A stretch of DNA of 64,000 bases from Octopus sinensis (Eukaryota): positions 16,988,001 to 17,052,000 of the forward strand of contig NC_043020.1 in assembly GCF_006345805.1 (NCBI RefSeq), read 5' to 3'. The notes under the pieces are model-generated. The model made no database searches, had not been told where the DNA came from, and worked only from the letters and a program-made list of their open reading frames with translations. A program made the translations under genes and the position numbers. This document shows positions 25,030 to 38,226 of this stretch, one piece after another (position 1 is the stretch's first letter; each line of letters starts with the position of its first letter).

Positions 25030-25680
25030 AATCAGTGCATGTGTTATAATTGGCAATATGACCCAACCAAGATACAATGTGTTTCAACACGTGTTTTCGT
25101 GTCAAGAATATTGCAAAACAAAATGCAAAAATGTAATTGTGTGGGTGCGTATGGAAAAATTCTTTCCAGACACACACACATACATATATATGTACATGCA
25201 CATATACATACATTGGGGTATTGGAATATGCCATGCATGCTTTGGGGCACTGCCTAAATACCAATTTTGAGAAATTAGGTTTCTCAAAAATCGGAAGGAG
25301 AAAACTAATTCAAAGACTACAAATCCAAACCATCACTGGAACTGTAAAGATCTGTAAACCTTTCCAGAAGTATATCATTTAAGTATATACAAATCTGCAT
25401 ATATACATACAAAAATACCCTGTTGATGTTGTTGAAATTCCGGCTCTTTATTAGCAAGAAATTTTGAAATAGATCTGAATAATGACCTACATATGTACAT
25501 TCATACATCCATACATACAGACATACATAAAACTCAGATCTGCACATATACATACAAACACACAAAAATACCCTGTTGATGTTGAAATTCCAATGAAGAA
25601 GCTTTGGTTCTAGGTTAGAAACTAGCTTTTTCTCTATTGGCAAGAAATCTTAAAATAAGACTAAATAATGACATACATAT
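25030..25680 (+). mobile_element. 3' relic of a probable RLE-type non-LTR element associated with (CATA)n
   Basis: Coding remnant ...RKLIQRLQIQTITGTVKICK.FQK* then a UTR (ccctgttgatgttgaaattccaatgaagaagc...ggcaagaaatctt) that recurs at about 46060-46260, flanked by catacata repeats. Confidence 0.5.
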
Positions 25681-27190
25681 CTGATACATAGACATTCACA
25701 GATGTATATATATACATTCATATATACGTGTGGCAAAAAGCCTGTCAGATGCTCATATATACAATATATACACATAAACCTACAGGCATATACCAAATTC
25801 TCATAAGCCCATATCATACTTTTAACACATACACCTGTATACAAAACAGTGATTGACTTTTCTTGACAATCTTCAAGATAAATATAGATAATTGAAAAAT
25901 CTTGCAATAAGCCCTGAAGAATTATATTGAAATTTATTTCAATGTTCAGCTTTTGAATTTGAAAGAATTTTTAAAGACATCATTTGTTTTTTTTTAAATA
26001 TTTATATGTATATGTGTGTGATATTAAAAATCAATATTTTTAAGAATATTTTGTCATAAGTTATTATTTCTTATTTGTATTTTCAGTTATTTTTCAAAAA
26101 TATTTCACATAAAGAAATTTTTTTTTAAATGTTTTAAAAAATTTCAGGAAAGAAGAGTAAGAAAATGTCAAGAATTTTTATATTTTGGGAATTCTCATTT
26201 TACCTTCCCAGGGATATTCAAATCGTCCTTTCCAGAGATTTAATATTCAAACCATTTCTCACACTCAAGCAACTAATCAGTATATTTATGTTACATTCAG
26301 TAGTAAACTTTATGCAAAAAGTTGAATGGAAGAATTCCAATAACATCAAAAACCATTATTTGCTGTTGTTTCCTTTCTAGGACTACCAGTTTTCCTAACC
26401 AGATGTATGTTTTGAAGTCATTTTAGAAGCATTATATGCTTCCTTGCTGGTGTTATGCAAAAGATGCAGAAAAAAAATTACATGACCCCATTGGCTGGCT
26501 GACTGGCTGGCTGGCTGGCTGGCCGGTTGGCTGTCTGGCAGGCTGTCTGTCTGGCTGGTTGGCTGGCAGTACGACATGCTAAACTGAATGAGCTGTAACT
26601 TTGATGTAAATCAATAAAATCAATAGATTCCATGGTACAATGTATGGCGGCCAGTTGTGTAATAATAAAGATGGCATGTTATATCAGTGAGGGATCTGCT
26701 TGAGAGAACACTGCAGATAGATATACATAGAGTTTTCATTCAGTTATAGTATTTCATTCACATATGTTACCATGGAAAATATTTGGAAGGTTATTTAACA
26801 ACAACAAAATGAAAAATACAATACAATTAACAGCAGTAGCAGCATTTTAAGTTTTTTTTATTATTATTATTGTTATCAGTGGTGCTTAAAGATATGTAAT
26901 TGGAAAGATGTATGATGCAGTATAATAAGTATATATATATGTATGGATATATATATATGTGTGTGTATATATGTATGTATATATATGTGTATATATATTT
27001 GTGTGGAGACACAATGGCCCAGTGGTATATTGCTGTATATTATTATGTATATGTATATATATATATATGTATAGGAGTATGGGTATATGCACTCATATGT
27101 ATGTGTATATTATATATTATGGGTATGTACCCACTCTTGTATGGGTGTACCTCCTCTGATATTCATATTTAATTTAGTTTGTATTTCATA

Positions 27191-27317
27191 ATCTCCGAAG
27201 AGGCCTTGTGATATTTTTGTAAGTGTCTCATTTATAACTACATATTAACCTATCACACATGGCTAATATGAGCATAATGAGACACCCATATCTGCATGGC
27301 TGAAACAGCTGTAAGAT
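27191..27317 (+). ncRNA. Type I hammerhead ribozyme motif with about 100-nt stem II (CCGAAGA core)
   Basis: Stem I atct/agat; core CCGAAGA 27195-27201; stem II ggcc/ggct with inner helices gtgtctcatt/aatgagacac and catatta/taatatg; GAAA 27302-27305; palindromic stem III cagctg; GUA site. Confidence 0.72.
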
Positions 27318-27897
27318 GTAGTTTATATTTATATTTGTATTTATTTATATTCACTTATACATACTGTACTTATTGTATCATATTACTCATTGATGTACAT
27401 TGTTTTGTTCTATATTATTATGTTTGACCTTAATGTTCATATGTAATGCTTTAATAAATTATGTGATTGGGTATTATGATTGATTGATTGATTTTGATTG
27501 ATTTTAGTTTCAGCTCATGAGCTGTGGCCATGCTGGGGCACCGCCATTATCTGGTAGTTGATTATTGATTAAGATGTATTTTTCCATTTTCTTATTTTGT
27601 ATTATTAATTTGTGGTAAAACATTTTACCTTTGGCCATATAATACAGTAAATGAATCAAATGCATCGCAATTCTTAACATTTATGTATTAACTTTGTTGG
27701 GTGCTTTACTAGCAGTATATTGTATATATGTTATCCCATGGAGGGTTGCACTCACAACCCCTATCTCAATTTGTATATATATATATATATATATATGTAT
27801 ATGTATGTATATATGTATATAAAAAAGGAATACAACTCATCAGATAAGAGAAAGCAGAAAACAACAATAAATCAAGTAAATAGGTGAGCATCAAAGC

Positions 27898-28122
27898 TGT
27901 CCAGACTTTGCTCCCTCTGACTTTTGGTTCTTCCACAAGCTGAAGGAGAATGTCAGCATCAATCGGTTTGAAGACATTGAGAAGACAAAGGAGGTTGTGA
28001 CAAAGGTCCTGGACTTTTACTTTGGAGGACATCATGAAGTGGCTGGAGCACTACAAGTGCATCAAATTCAGAGGATTTGAAGGCGATAAGAGTTTTGTAC
28101 TTCTCGGAAATTAATAAATGTC
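27898..28122 (+). mobile_element. Mariner transposase C-terminal fragment
   Basis: PDFAPSDFWFFHKLKENV...RFEDIEKTKEVV resembles the mariner SPDLAPxDFxLF motif region. Confidence 0.7.
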
Positions 28123-28194
28123 AAGTAGATAGTGACATCCCATTCTTTCAGTTATCACCTCAAGTAATCACCATCACCATCATCATCATCATCA

Positions 28195-28642
28195 TCCAGA
28201 AGCTGGCTACCCGCATGGTTCTTGGTCTCAAGCATTTGTCTTATGAAGAAAAGCTGAAGACGCTCGACCTTTATTCTCTAGAAAAACGACAACGCCGTGG
28301 TGATCTCATTCTTGCTCACAACATCATAAGCAGAAAGTGTAACCTCTCGAAAGAGCTGTCCTTTACTCCTGTTCCAGAGCGTAGGCTGCAGGGTCACTCC
28401 GAAAAGCTCTATCTGCGACGATTTCGTCTCAATCGAAGGAGAGGGGCTTTCTCTGTCTTGGTTGCAGATCCGTGGAATAAGCTGCCGGACAAGATAGTGA
28501 AGGTGCCAATGACTGCTCGGTTCAAAGTCTCTCTTGACCAGAAATGGCCTGAACTCTTTGCATGAACACACCTGTACATAACTCCATGTCCGCTACATGG
28601 CCTTGCTTTTTGCTTTTTGAGCCAAAAAATTAATTTAACTTA
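28195..28642 (+). mobile_element. CR1-clade LINE 3' end
   Basis: IQKLATRMVLGLKHLSYEEKLKTLDLYSLEKRQRRGDLI...GHSEKL...PWNKLP...FKVSLD, a typical CR1 ORF2 C-terminus, followed by a 3' UTR and tail. Confidence 0.9.
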
Positions 28643-30594
28643 TCATCATCATTTCACATCCCATGTCCATGCTGGCATGGGTTGGATGGTTTAATCAGGG
28701 CTGGTAAGTGAAGGGCCTGCGCCATACTCCAATCTCATTTAGCATGGTTTCTACAGTTGGATGCCCTTACTAATGCCAACCACTCCGAGTGTGTAATGGG
28801 TGCTTTTATGTGCCACCAGCATGGGTGCCTGTTGCATGACACCAGTATCTGCCATGACTTTAATTTCACTTAGCTTGATGGGTCTTCTTCTAAAGCACAG
28901 CATATTGCCAATGGTCTCAGTCATCTGCCATTGCCTTTGTGAGGCTCAACGCTTGAAAGGTGCTTTTTACATGACACCAGCATGAATGCCGGTTACGTGA
29001 CATTGACAACAGCCACAACTATGATTTCACTTAGCTTGACAGGTTTTCCCGAGCATGACATATCACCAATGTCACTAGTCATACAATGATGTATAGGTCA
29101 TTGCCAGTGTCGCTGTACTGGCTCCTGTGCAGGTGGCACGTAAAAAACACCATTTGAGCGTGGCCGTTGCCTGTACCGCATGACTGGCCCTCATGCCAGT
29201 GGCACATAAAAGCACCCACTACACTCTTGGAGTGGTTGACGTTAGGAAGGGCATCCAGCTTTAGAAACTCTACCAGATCAAAATTGGAGTCTGGTGCGGC
29301 CATCTGGTTTGCCAGTCCTCAGTCAAATTGGCCAACCCATGCTAGCATGGAAAGCGGACGTGAAACGATGATGAGGATGATGATGATGTTTAATTTCCTC
29401 ATTGAAATTATGACTAGTCACTCTATGGAATATAAAAAAAAGAGCCCTCACTTGAAACACAGATAAGGATTGGTGATAGGAAGATCATTTTTTTGTAAAA
29501 TCCTGTCTCAAGTTCCTGTCCAACTTATGCTGGCATAGAAAAACAGACATTAACCCTTTAGAATTCAGATTACATTGTCAAATGTAACGTTTATTCACAA
29601 TATTTTGTATTAATCATGCTATATCTTGTAGCTTTGAGATTTTTGATGATGTAACCATTTTTCTATTTTTTCAGTGTCGGTGGTGGCGGTGGTGGTCATT
29701 GTCGTCATAGCAGTAGTGGTGGTAGTGGTAATTTTTATGGTGGTTGTCATTGTTGTCATTGTAGTAGTAATAGTAGTGGTTGTGGTGGTAGTAGTAGTGG
29801 TGGTAATATGGGTTAAGAAACAGGATATGTGTTAAACATTATGATAAGGTCAGTGTTCTGATGTGAGCATTGCTTTCTTTATTTAAAAAAATTACTCATG
29901 TTTCCATGAAATCCTAATATATCCTGCCCAAGGCATAGGTGTGACGTATGTGCCTAACATGTTTGCTTTATATGGTTACAAACCAGATAATGCTGTACTG
30001 AGCCCTTTATATGGAATTTCCGGAAATCCGAGAACACTGTTCAATATTGTGGAATATACTGCACCCTTTATTGAGTAGACAGATCCTGTTTTTGAAGTTG
30101 GTTAATTTGTATACAATGGGTTAAAAATAGTTTTTTGTTTTGTATGTTTTAAGTGAATTGATAAAGATAAAACATACATAGGTGTAGGCATGGCTGTACT
30201 TATGTTATGTTTAAGTGGTAAGAAGTTTGCGTCCCAGCTACATGGTTCCAGGTTCAATCCCACTGTGTTACACCTAGGGCAAGTGTTTTTTACTATAGCC
30301 TTGGGCTGACCCAACATTGTGAGTGGATTTGGTAGACAGTGACTGAAAGAAGCCCTGTCATATATGTGTGTGTGAGAGTGTGCCTTTCTGTCTGTGTTTG
30401 TCTCCCACCACTGCTTGACAACCAGTGTTGGAATGTTTACTTGAATAAGTAACAGGTTTATACATACATCTTTATGTGTGTGTGTGTATGACAAATTTCT
30501 ACACAGTTTCTCTTATCAAATTAGCTAACAAGGCAAGAAACTTGCACAAGGTGCTATGCAATGGGGCCAAACCTGGAAGTTCATACTTGCAAAG

Positions 30595-30631
<37 letters not shown>

Positions 30632-30662
30632 CATACACACATACATATACGTATGTATATAT

Positions 30663-30693
<31 letters not shown>

Positions 30694-30940
30694 CACATAT
30701 ATATGTATGTATATATATATATGTTTGTATGTGTATATATATGTGTGTCTGTGTTTGTCCCCCCCAACATCGTTTGACGACCGATGCTGGTGTGTTTACG
30801 TCCCCATAACTTAGCAGTTCGGCAAAAGAGGCCGATAGAATAAGTACTAGGCTTACAAAGAATAAGTCCTGGGGTTGATTTGTTCGACTAAAATGACTGA
30901 AACAAGTAAAAGAGTATATATATATATATATATGTATGTG

Positions 30941-31250
30941 TGTGGAGGCGCAATGGCCCAGTGGTTAGGGCAGCGGACTCGCGGTCGCAGAATTGCGGCT
31001 TCGATTCCCAGACCGGGCATTGCGTGTGTTTATTGAGCAAAAACACCTAAAAGCTCCACGAGGCTCCGGCAGGGGGTGATGATCCCTTCTGTACTTTTTC
31101 ACTATTCTTTCTTTCACTCTTTCTTCTGTTGGACTGCTCGCTTAGCCAGCAATGTGGCATAATTCGAAGGCTAAAACAATGTGAATGCATTGTGACCAGC
31201 GATGTGTAGCAACATCTGATGGTCTGGTCGATCACGTGATCACGTGATAT
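30941..31250 (+). mobile_element. tRNA(Arg)-like SINE family C (representative copy)
   Basis: Head gtggaggcgcaatggcccagtggttagggcagcggactcgcgg...ttcgattcccagaccggg. Other copies: 32473-32760 (TSD aactgggyccaat), 33283-33421, 35710-36010(-), 39536-39929(-), 45425-45730(-), 54567-54874(-). Confidence 0.85.
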
Positions 31251-31305
31251 ATATATATATATATTTATATATATATGTGTGTGTGTGTGTATGTATATAT
31301 ATATA

Positions 31306-31336
<31 letters not shown>

Positions 31337-31351
31337 ATGTATGTATATACA

Positions 31352-31581
31352 CAGGTTGTCCAGAAGTCACCCAACAGTAGATCAAAATTCCATAAATACT
31401 ATCTGTAGTTCTGTATTGACTCGAATGGAAAAATGTGTCACTCAAGGACTTCAGCTTGAGCAATTTTCACGATGTTTCATATTTAGATGCTTTTATTAAA
31501 TTCATTCAGTCGGGGGAACATAAATAAATCTTGGAATTAAATGATTTTCAGTTACTGTCAGGTGACTTTTGGCCTACTCTG
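31352..31581. mobile_element. Tc1/mariner-type MITE
   Basis: Imperfect TIRs caggttgtccagaagtcacccaacagta / tactgtcaggtgacttttggcctactctg, within TA-rich microsatellite. Confidence 0.6.
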
Positions 31582-31628
31582 TATATATACACACGCACAC
31601 ATATACATATATTTACATGTATATATAT

Positions 31629-31714
<86 letters not shown>

Positions 31715-32769
31715 GCAAAAGTATGGAGCATTGCTGTTTTCATGAAGACCTGCGCACCACAACAGACTTAATGTCCTAAAATCAAGGTACCATGTACAAA
31801 GCACTCGCATTGGTGCCACATAAAAAGTACTGGTGATGGTGCCATGTAAAAAGCACCAAGTGCACTTTGTAAAGTACTTGGTGTTAGAAACCAAACCAAA
31901 ACAGACTATGGAGCCTGCTGTGGCCCCTGATTTTGCTAGTTCCTGTCAAGCCATCCAACTCATGCCAGCATGGAAAACAGACGTAGTAATGTGATGATGA
32001 TGAGGATGTGTGTGTGTTTGTGTTTATCTGTTTACAGTTCTGCTGGCAGTGGGTGACAACCCTCAGAAATGATGAGGGAGTGAGTTTCAGTCAAAGACAC
32101 TAAAGGAGAAAAGTAAAGAGAATTTTCAACTTCTCTATTGTTTCATGGTACTCTTTCTCCCCCTCTCTCTCTCTCTCTCCAAGTCTTTTCTCTCTCTCTC
32201 TCTCCCTCCCTCTCTTCTCTCACTCTCTCTCTTCTCTCACTCTCTCTCTTCTCTCTCTCTCTCTCTCTCTCCTTCCTACTCTGTAAAGAACAATAAGCAG
32301 CAGTAGTCATGGTCACCAGTCAGGTCATCACACTAAGTATAGTTAAGGGGAAACAAAAGAATTATGATTAACAGTAAAGTATTTACAAAGAAATGAAACA
32401 GGAAGAAAGTTTTTCTTTGAAATTGAATGTGTTGTCATAATTTCCATTCACTAATTACCAACTGGGTCCAATGTGGAGGCACATGGCCTAGTGGTTAGAG
32501 CAGTGGACTCGCAGCCGAGGGATAGCGGGTTCGAATCTCAAACCAGACGTGTGTGTTTATGAGCCCCACCTAAGCCCCACATGGCTCCAGCAGAAGGCAA
32601 TGGCGAACTTCTGCTGACTTTTTCACCACAACTTTCATTCTTTCCTCCTGCATCTTGCAACTCACCTGCAACAGACCGGCGTCCCGTCCAGGTAGGGAAC
32701 ATATATGCCAAGGAAACTGGGAAATCAGCCCTATGTGCCAGGCATGGCTCAAGAAGGAACAACTGGGCC

Positions 32770-34171
32770 CAATGGACCCAATATTTTTCTTTTAATTAAA
32801 TTTTATTCAGACTACCACTATTTCTTAGCTACATTAACAATGCTATCAGGTGAATGAAGAATTACTATTTCTCACAAATTTTCACAAAAAAAAAAAGAAA
32901 TACAGCTTACAGAATATATCATGAATTTTAAAAATTACAAAAATACAGAATTACAGCTCTTCATGGCAGTGAATGCAGACAACATTGGAATGTTCTTGGC
33001 AAACATGGATATTACAATTTTTGCATGTAGTATGAGTTTTCCTGATCTATTTTGGGGCCACGCAAAGAACATCTTCCTTTTTGCTTTGGCTGAGGAATCT
33101 CAAATGAGGTTGAAGATCATCTTCTTTTCTTGTTTGGTTGAGAAATGTTAGCAGAATTAGAAGATTGTTTGTCATGTTCTTGTTTAGCATTAACTCCTTT
33201 CCTAACTGAATAAGTTACTGTTTTCTTTTATCCTTGAAACTTTGCAAGTGAAGCTGTTTAGCAACAATGAAAGCATTCACAGTTAGAGCAGCGGACTTGC
33301 GGTCAAGGGATAGCGGGTTCGAATCTCAGACTGGGCATGTGTGTTTATGAGCAAAACACCTAAGCTCCACGTGGATCCAGCAGAAGGCAATGGCGAAATT
33401 TTGCTGATTCTTTCACCACAACCAATCATGCTGTGGAATATAACCATAGGCCATCTTTGAGTCATTCTTTTGCAAGTGTATGTCCTTGCCATCTTATCTA
33501 TGGTTTCTACTCCTCCTTTTGTTTTGTTGTAACATGCAATAACTTCAGGTTTATTTTCAGCACTTTTTTTAATCAATTGAAGGCTGAGAGTGCATTGTTC
33601 TCATAAGTGTGTCTACATAATTTTTCCTAGAACAATAATACAGGATTATAGAATCCTTTAGAAATCAAAAGATTGTGCTGTTGATTTCTCTTTCTTTTTC
33701 ATTTATGAAAGCACTTGTAAGTTCAACTCTGTTCTTTCTAATTGTTCCAACTGAAGTAGTTTTCTTTCCAAGCAGCTTTTGGGTCAATCCTAGACTTGTA
33801 AAAAAATTATCACAAGTTATAATGCAACCAATATTTTCAAGTTCTTTTACTAGGTCTTCAACAACTCTTGAAACTTGATTCATCTCTCCCGTTTACTGGG
33901 TCTTTTCCAGTGTCGATTTGCATTTTCCAGGCATAAAATGTTTCACGGTTGCATATTTCCCTGGCTTTGAAGGAATATATACCTGGAATGAACAGCACCC
34001 TCTGAATGAAACTAATTGTTCATAAACTGTCATGCATGCCCATGGAACATATCCATCTTGCAAATTCTGATCCCACATTTCAAATACTTCTCTTATGGGC
34101 TCCAATTTATCATCACTTCTGTTTTTTCTTCTTGCGCTAGCATCATCAAAGCACAATACTTGTAAAATTTG
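32770..34171 (-). pseudogene. piggyBac (PGBD4-like) transposase relic
   Basis: Minus-strand ORFs contain TVYEQLVSFRGCCSFQVYIPSKPGKY, ITCDNFFTSLGL...GTIRKNR and YNKTKGGVETIDKM...RWPMVIF, the three catalytic-Asp regions of piggyBac. Frameshifted and interrupted by a SINE. Confidence 0.9.
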
Positions 34172-34860
34172 TTGGACTGAACACTTTATTAGAATGAAGG
34201 ATAGCAGGATCCCAAAGCAGATGCTATATGGGGAACTTGAGAATGGAAAGAGACCCCGGCAGAAACCAAGGCTGTAATTTAACCCTTTAGTGTTTAAACT
34301 GGCCATATCCAGCTCAAATATTCTACATGTTTTATATTCAAACTGGCCATATCTAGCCTCTCACACCTAACCTACATTGATATTCTAAAAATAAACTATC
34401 ACATCATTGAAACCTCAAAGCTATAAGATAATGCATGATTAATTCAAAACAATTTAAATAAAAAATATATTACATTTAACAGAGTAATCTGAACACTAAA
34501 GGGTTAAGGACTGTGTCAAGTCCTCATTAAAGGCCTGTGATATGCAGGAGACTGACTAGGAGAGCAATGCCTGTCATCACCACAGATGGAGGAAGCAGGT
34601 TAAGGAGAGGGTCGACACCTTTGAAAGAGCGCGTATTCTTCAAGGAATAACTTAAGCGTGCTGCTCGAAAGTGCACTGCTGTTGTAGTGAATGGGGAGAG
34701 CTTGATCTGCAATGTTTGCAGTCGTGTATCCTTGTCAAGAGCAGGGCTCATTAGCCACCAATGGAGCCGCAAATGCAAAAGATAAGTTAGTCCTAGAGCA
34801 CACAATGTTCCTGAAGGTCAGCAATGGTCTTCCTCAACTAGAGTAGACGGCCATCATGTA
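34172..34860 (+). mobile_element. RTE(BovB-like) LINE 3' end
   Basis: HFIRMKDSRIPKQMLYGELENGKRPRQKPRL*FKDCVKSSLK and a terminal CNVCSRVSLSRAGLISH zinc-finger-like motif. It truncates the piggyBac relic. Confidence 0.85.
34283..34503. mobile_element. Second piggyBac-type MITE family
   Basis: TTAA|ccctttagtgtt...aacactaaaggg|TTAA; a partial copy end lies at about 29550-29660. Confidence 0.88.
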
Positions 34861-34923
34861 TGTATATAATAGCACATGCAATGTATGTGTTAAAGAATTT
34901 TCTTTGTCTTCTTCTTTTCATTG

Positions 34924-34960
<37 letters not shown>

Positions 34961-35670
34961 ACTCTTTACTCTTTTTACTCTTTTACTTGTTTCAGTCATT
35001 TGACTGTGGCCATGCTGGAGCACCGCCTTTAGTCGAGCAAATTGACCCCAGGATTTATTGTTTGTAAGCCTAGTACTTATTCTATCGGTCTATTTTGCGG
35101 AACTGCTAAGTTACGGGGACGTAAGCACACCAGCATCGGTTGTCAAGCGATGTTGGGGGACAAACACAGACACACATACATAAATATAAATATATATGAC
35201 GGGCTTCTTTTCAGTTTCCGTCAACCAAATCTACTCACAAGGCTTTGGTCGGCCCAAGGCTACAGTAGAAGACACTTGCCCAAGGTGCCACGCAGTGGGA
35301 CTGAACCCAGAACCACGTGGTTGGTAAGCAAGCTACTTACCACACAGCCACTCCTACTATGAAGTGATTAAGATTCAGTGGAATTAGGTACTTAAGTTGA
35401 AGCACAAGATCAGTGCAGTATTATCCGCACAGCTTGAAGTAAGGTGAATAAAATCAAAATAAGTAACAGAATGTCAAGTAGTAATGCAGTATGACTGTTT
35501 CAAGTGGCTCCTTTTAATTGAACAATGCAATCATTACACCAATTTGAATATAGTGCCTGATAAAAGAGACTGATAGAATAAGTACCAGGTTTAAAGAAAA
35601 AGAAGTACAGGGGTCAATTTCTTCCATTAAACTTTTCAAGGTAGTGCCCCGGAGATAGGGCTAAAGAACA

Positions 35671-35701
<31 letters not shown>

Positions 35702-36053
35702 TATTTATGCGTCCTTTTCAAGTCTAGCCAGGCTCATGGGCCTGGTTTCCCGGTTTTTGTGGTGTATGTGTTCCCCCAGTTGCATGGGATGCCAGTCCAT
35801 CGCAGCATTACTCAAGAAACAAGAAGAAAGAGTGAGAGAAAGTTGGGTCGAAAGAGTACAACAGGGGTCACTACCACCCACTGCTGGAGCTTCATGGAGC
35901 TTTTAGGTGTTTTCACTCAATAAACACACACAAAGCCCGGTCTGGGAATTGAAACCATGATCCTCCAACTGCAAGTCTGCTGCTCTAAACACTGGGCCAT
36001 TGCGCCTCCACACACACATACACAAACACATATATATATATATATATATATAT

Positions 36054-36240
36054 GCCGGAGTAAACACATAAATGTGAAACAAGGTGGAAAAAAAGAGTAC
36101 TCAAATACCAGTGGTAGAGTAATATGCTTTACTTAAACGTTCCTGTTCGTCGGACAGTTTTAGCAAAAACTGTCTGACGAATGGGAACGTGAAACTCAGA
36201 GTAACAGGTTTTGTTGAATTTTCTGCTGCTTTAAATAAAG
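36054..36240. mobile_element. Penelope-type pseudo-LTR relic (inverted plus direct segments) inside (TA)n
   Basis: Same family as 54913-55104; contains an internal hairpin at 36137-36190 and a hammerhead motif. Confidence 0.6.
36161..36216 (+). ncRNA. Minimal type I hammerhead ribozyme motif
   Basis: Stem I tagcaaaaactgt/acaggttttgttg; CUGACGA 36174-36180; stem II atg-GGAA-cgt; GAAA 36191-36194; stem III ctc-a-gag; GUA site at 36201-36203. Confidence 0.75.
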
Positions 36241-36271
<31 letters not shown>

Positions 36272-36299
36272 TGTGTGTGTAAATATATATATATATATA

Positions 36300-37559
36300 T
36301 GAGGGGGTACCCAAAAGAAACCAGAATTTTGCAATATTCACTTAATTTTTCATGTTTACACTTTCATCACCCGTCAAAGTATTCTCTATGTGAAGCAATG
36401 CATTGGTCCAGGTTCATTTTCCACTATTTGAAGCAGTGCTGGAAGTGTTGCAAAGTGGTGCCTTTTAACACTTCCATCGTTTTCTTTCTTCACCTCTTTC
36501 ACATCTGCAAATTCCATAGTACCAGCTTTTGTCTCCAGTGATGACCTTTGAAAAAAAGGTCTGGATCAACTTCAAACTGTGAGCAAGTGAGGCGCAAATT
36601 TTGCTGAAACTCTTTGCATTTGCCATTCCTTACTCAAAATTCGTTGGCAGGAGCTCCAGAAAATTACTAGTTGTATCAACAAATTTGTCAATTGTTTGGT
36701 AACAGTCCTCCAACATCAGTTTACTCTTTTACTCTTTTCTCTTTTACTTATTTCAGTCATTTGACTGCGGCCATGCTGGAGCACCGCCTTTAGTCGAGCA
36801 AATCGACCCCGCGACTTATTCTTTGTAAGCCCAGTACTTATTCTATCGGTCTCTTTTGCCGAACCACTAAGTGACGGGGACGTAAACACACCAGCATCGG
36901 TTGTCAAGCAATGCTAGGGGGACAAACACAGACACACAAACACACACACACACATATATATACATATATACGACAGGCTTCTTTCAGTTTCCGTCTACCA
37001 AATCCACTCACAAGGCATTGGTCGGCCCGGGGCTTTAGTAGAAGACACTTGCCCAAGATGCCATGCAGTGGGACTGAACCCAGAACCATGTGGTTGGTTA
37101 GCAAGCTACTTACCACACAGCCACTCCTGCGCCTATATGAATTTTCATGATGTTTTCATTTGTTCCAGAGGTCAACTGTCATCCTGAACAAGACTGGTCT
37201 TCAAGTGACCATTCCTAAAGCCTAGAAGCCACTCGTAAACTTGTATTTTGCTCTTGGCAGTGAACCTGTAAGCTGTTTGAAGCATGACAACTGTTTTTGG
37301 CTGCCATTTTCCCCAGCAGAAAACAGAATTTCATGGAAGCATGCTGTTCCTTTGTTTCAGCCATCACAAAAATCAAAAAACAGGGGAGAAGCACAGCAAA
37401 ACAAAGATGCATCACCTGGCACTACAACCTCATCCAGGGCTGCTGGTCAGCAGACTGATGCCTGGGGATCACATCAAGTGGCTTCTAGTGGTAGAAGCCT
37501 GAACTACAACAGGTTTGTCCCACAGAGAACGTTTTTGGTTATTTTGGGTTACCCATTCA
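36300..37559 (-). mobile_element. Internally deleted mariner element interrupted by a family B SINE
   Basis: TIR-like ends tgagggggtacccaaaagaaaccagaa / tttttggttattttgggttacccattca; N-terminal remnant MAETKEQHASMKFCFLLGK on the minus strand. Confidence 0.75.
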
Positions 37560-37634
37560 TCTATGTGTATTTATGTATGTATGTATGTATATATATATAT
37601 GTGTGTGTGTGCATGTATGTATTTATATTTGTGA

Positions 37635-37682
<48 letters not shown>

Positions 37683-38045
37683 GTGTGTGTGTGTGTGTGT
37701 ATATATATACATCAGTTTATAGAGAACTCACAAGTCTAAAAGAAAAGAATACCATTGAATAGGTATAATGTTACACTTTTTCCCCCCAGAAATCTAGAGC
37801 AGATTGAAAAAAAAAATTACAATAATTTCAAGGTAAATTTTTGTGATGTTTGAAACAAGATATTTAAAAAAAGAATTTATTTATTTATTTTTTTTCCCTT
37901 GCATTCTTGAAAAGTATATGTATATATCTAGTGCAGATGTATGTATGTTCATTTATGCATGTATGTATATATATATATATATATTATATATATATATATA
38001 TACACCTGTGTGTATGTGCTTGTGCATATCATACACATACATGCA

Positions 38046-38084
<39 letters not shown>

Positions 38085-38159
38085 TATATATATATGTATG
38101 TGTATATATATATATAACACTCATATATACATATATGTATGTGTATATATATATATATA

Positions 38160-38226
<67 letters not shown>

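Noticed and set aside
29890-30090. Non-repetitive island with short open frames on both strands
   Set aside because: No recognisable protein motif or consistent splice-site pair.
30941-31020. tRNA-like sequences with A and B boxes (also 19783, 32473 and others)
   Set aside because: Heads of tRNA-derived SINEs that continue into SINE bodies, some with TSDs; not tRNA genes.
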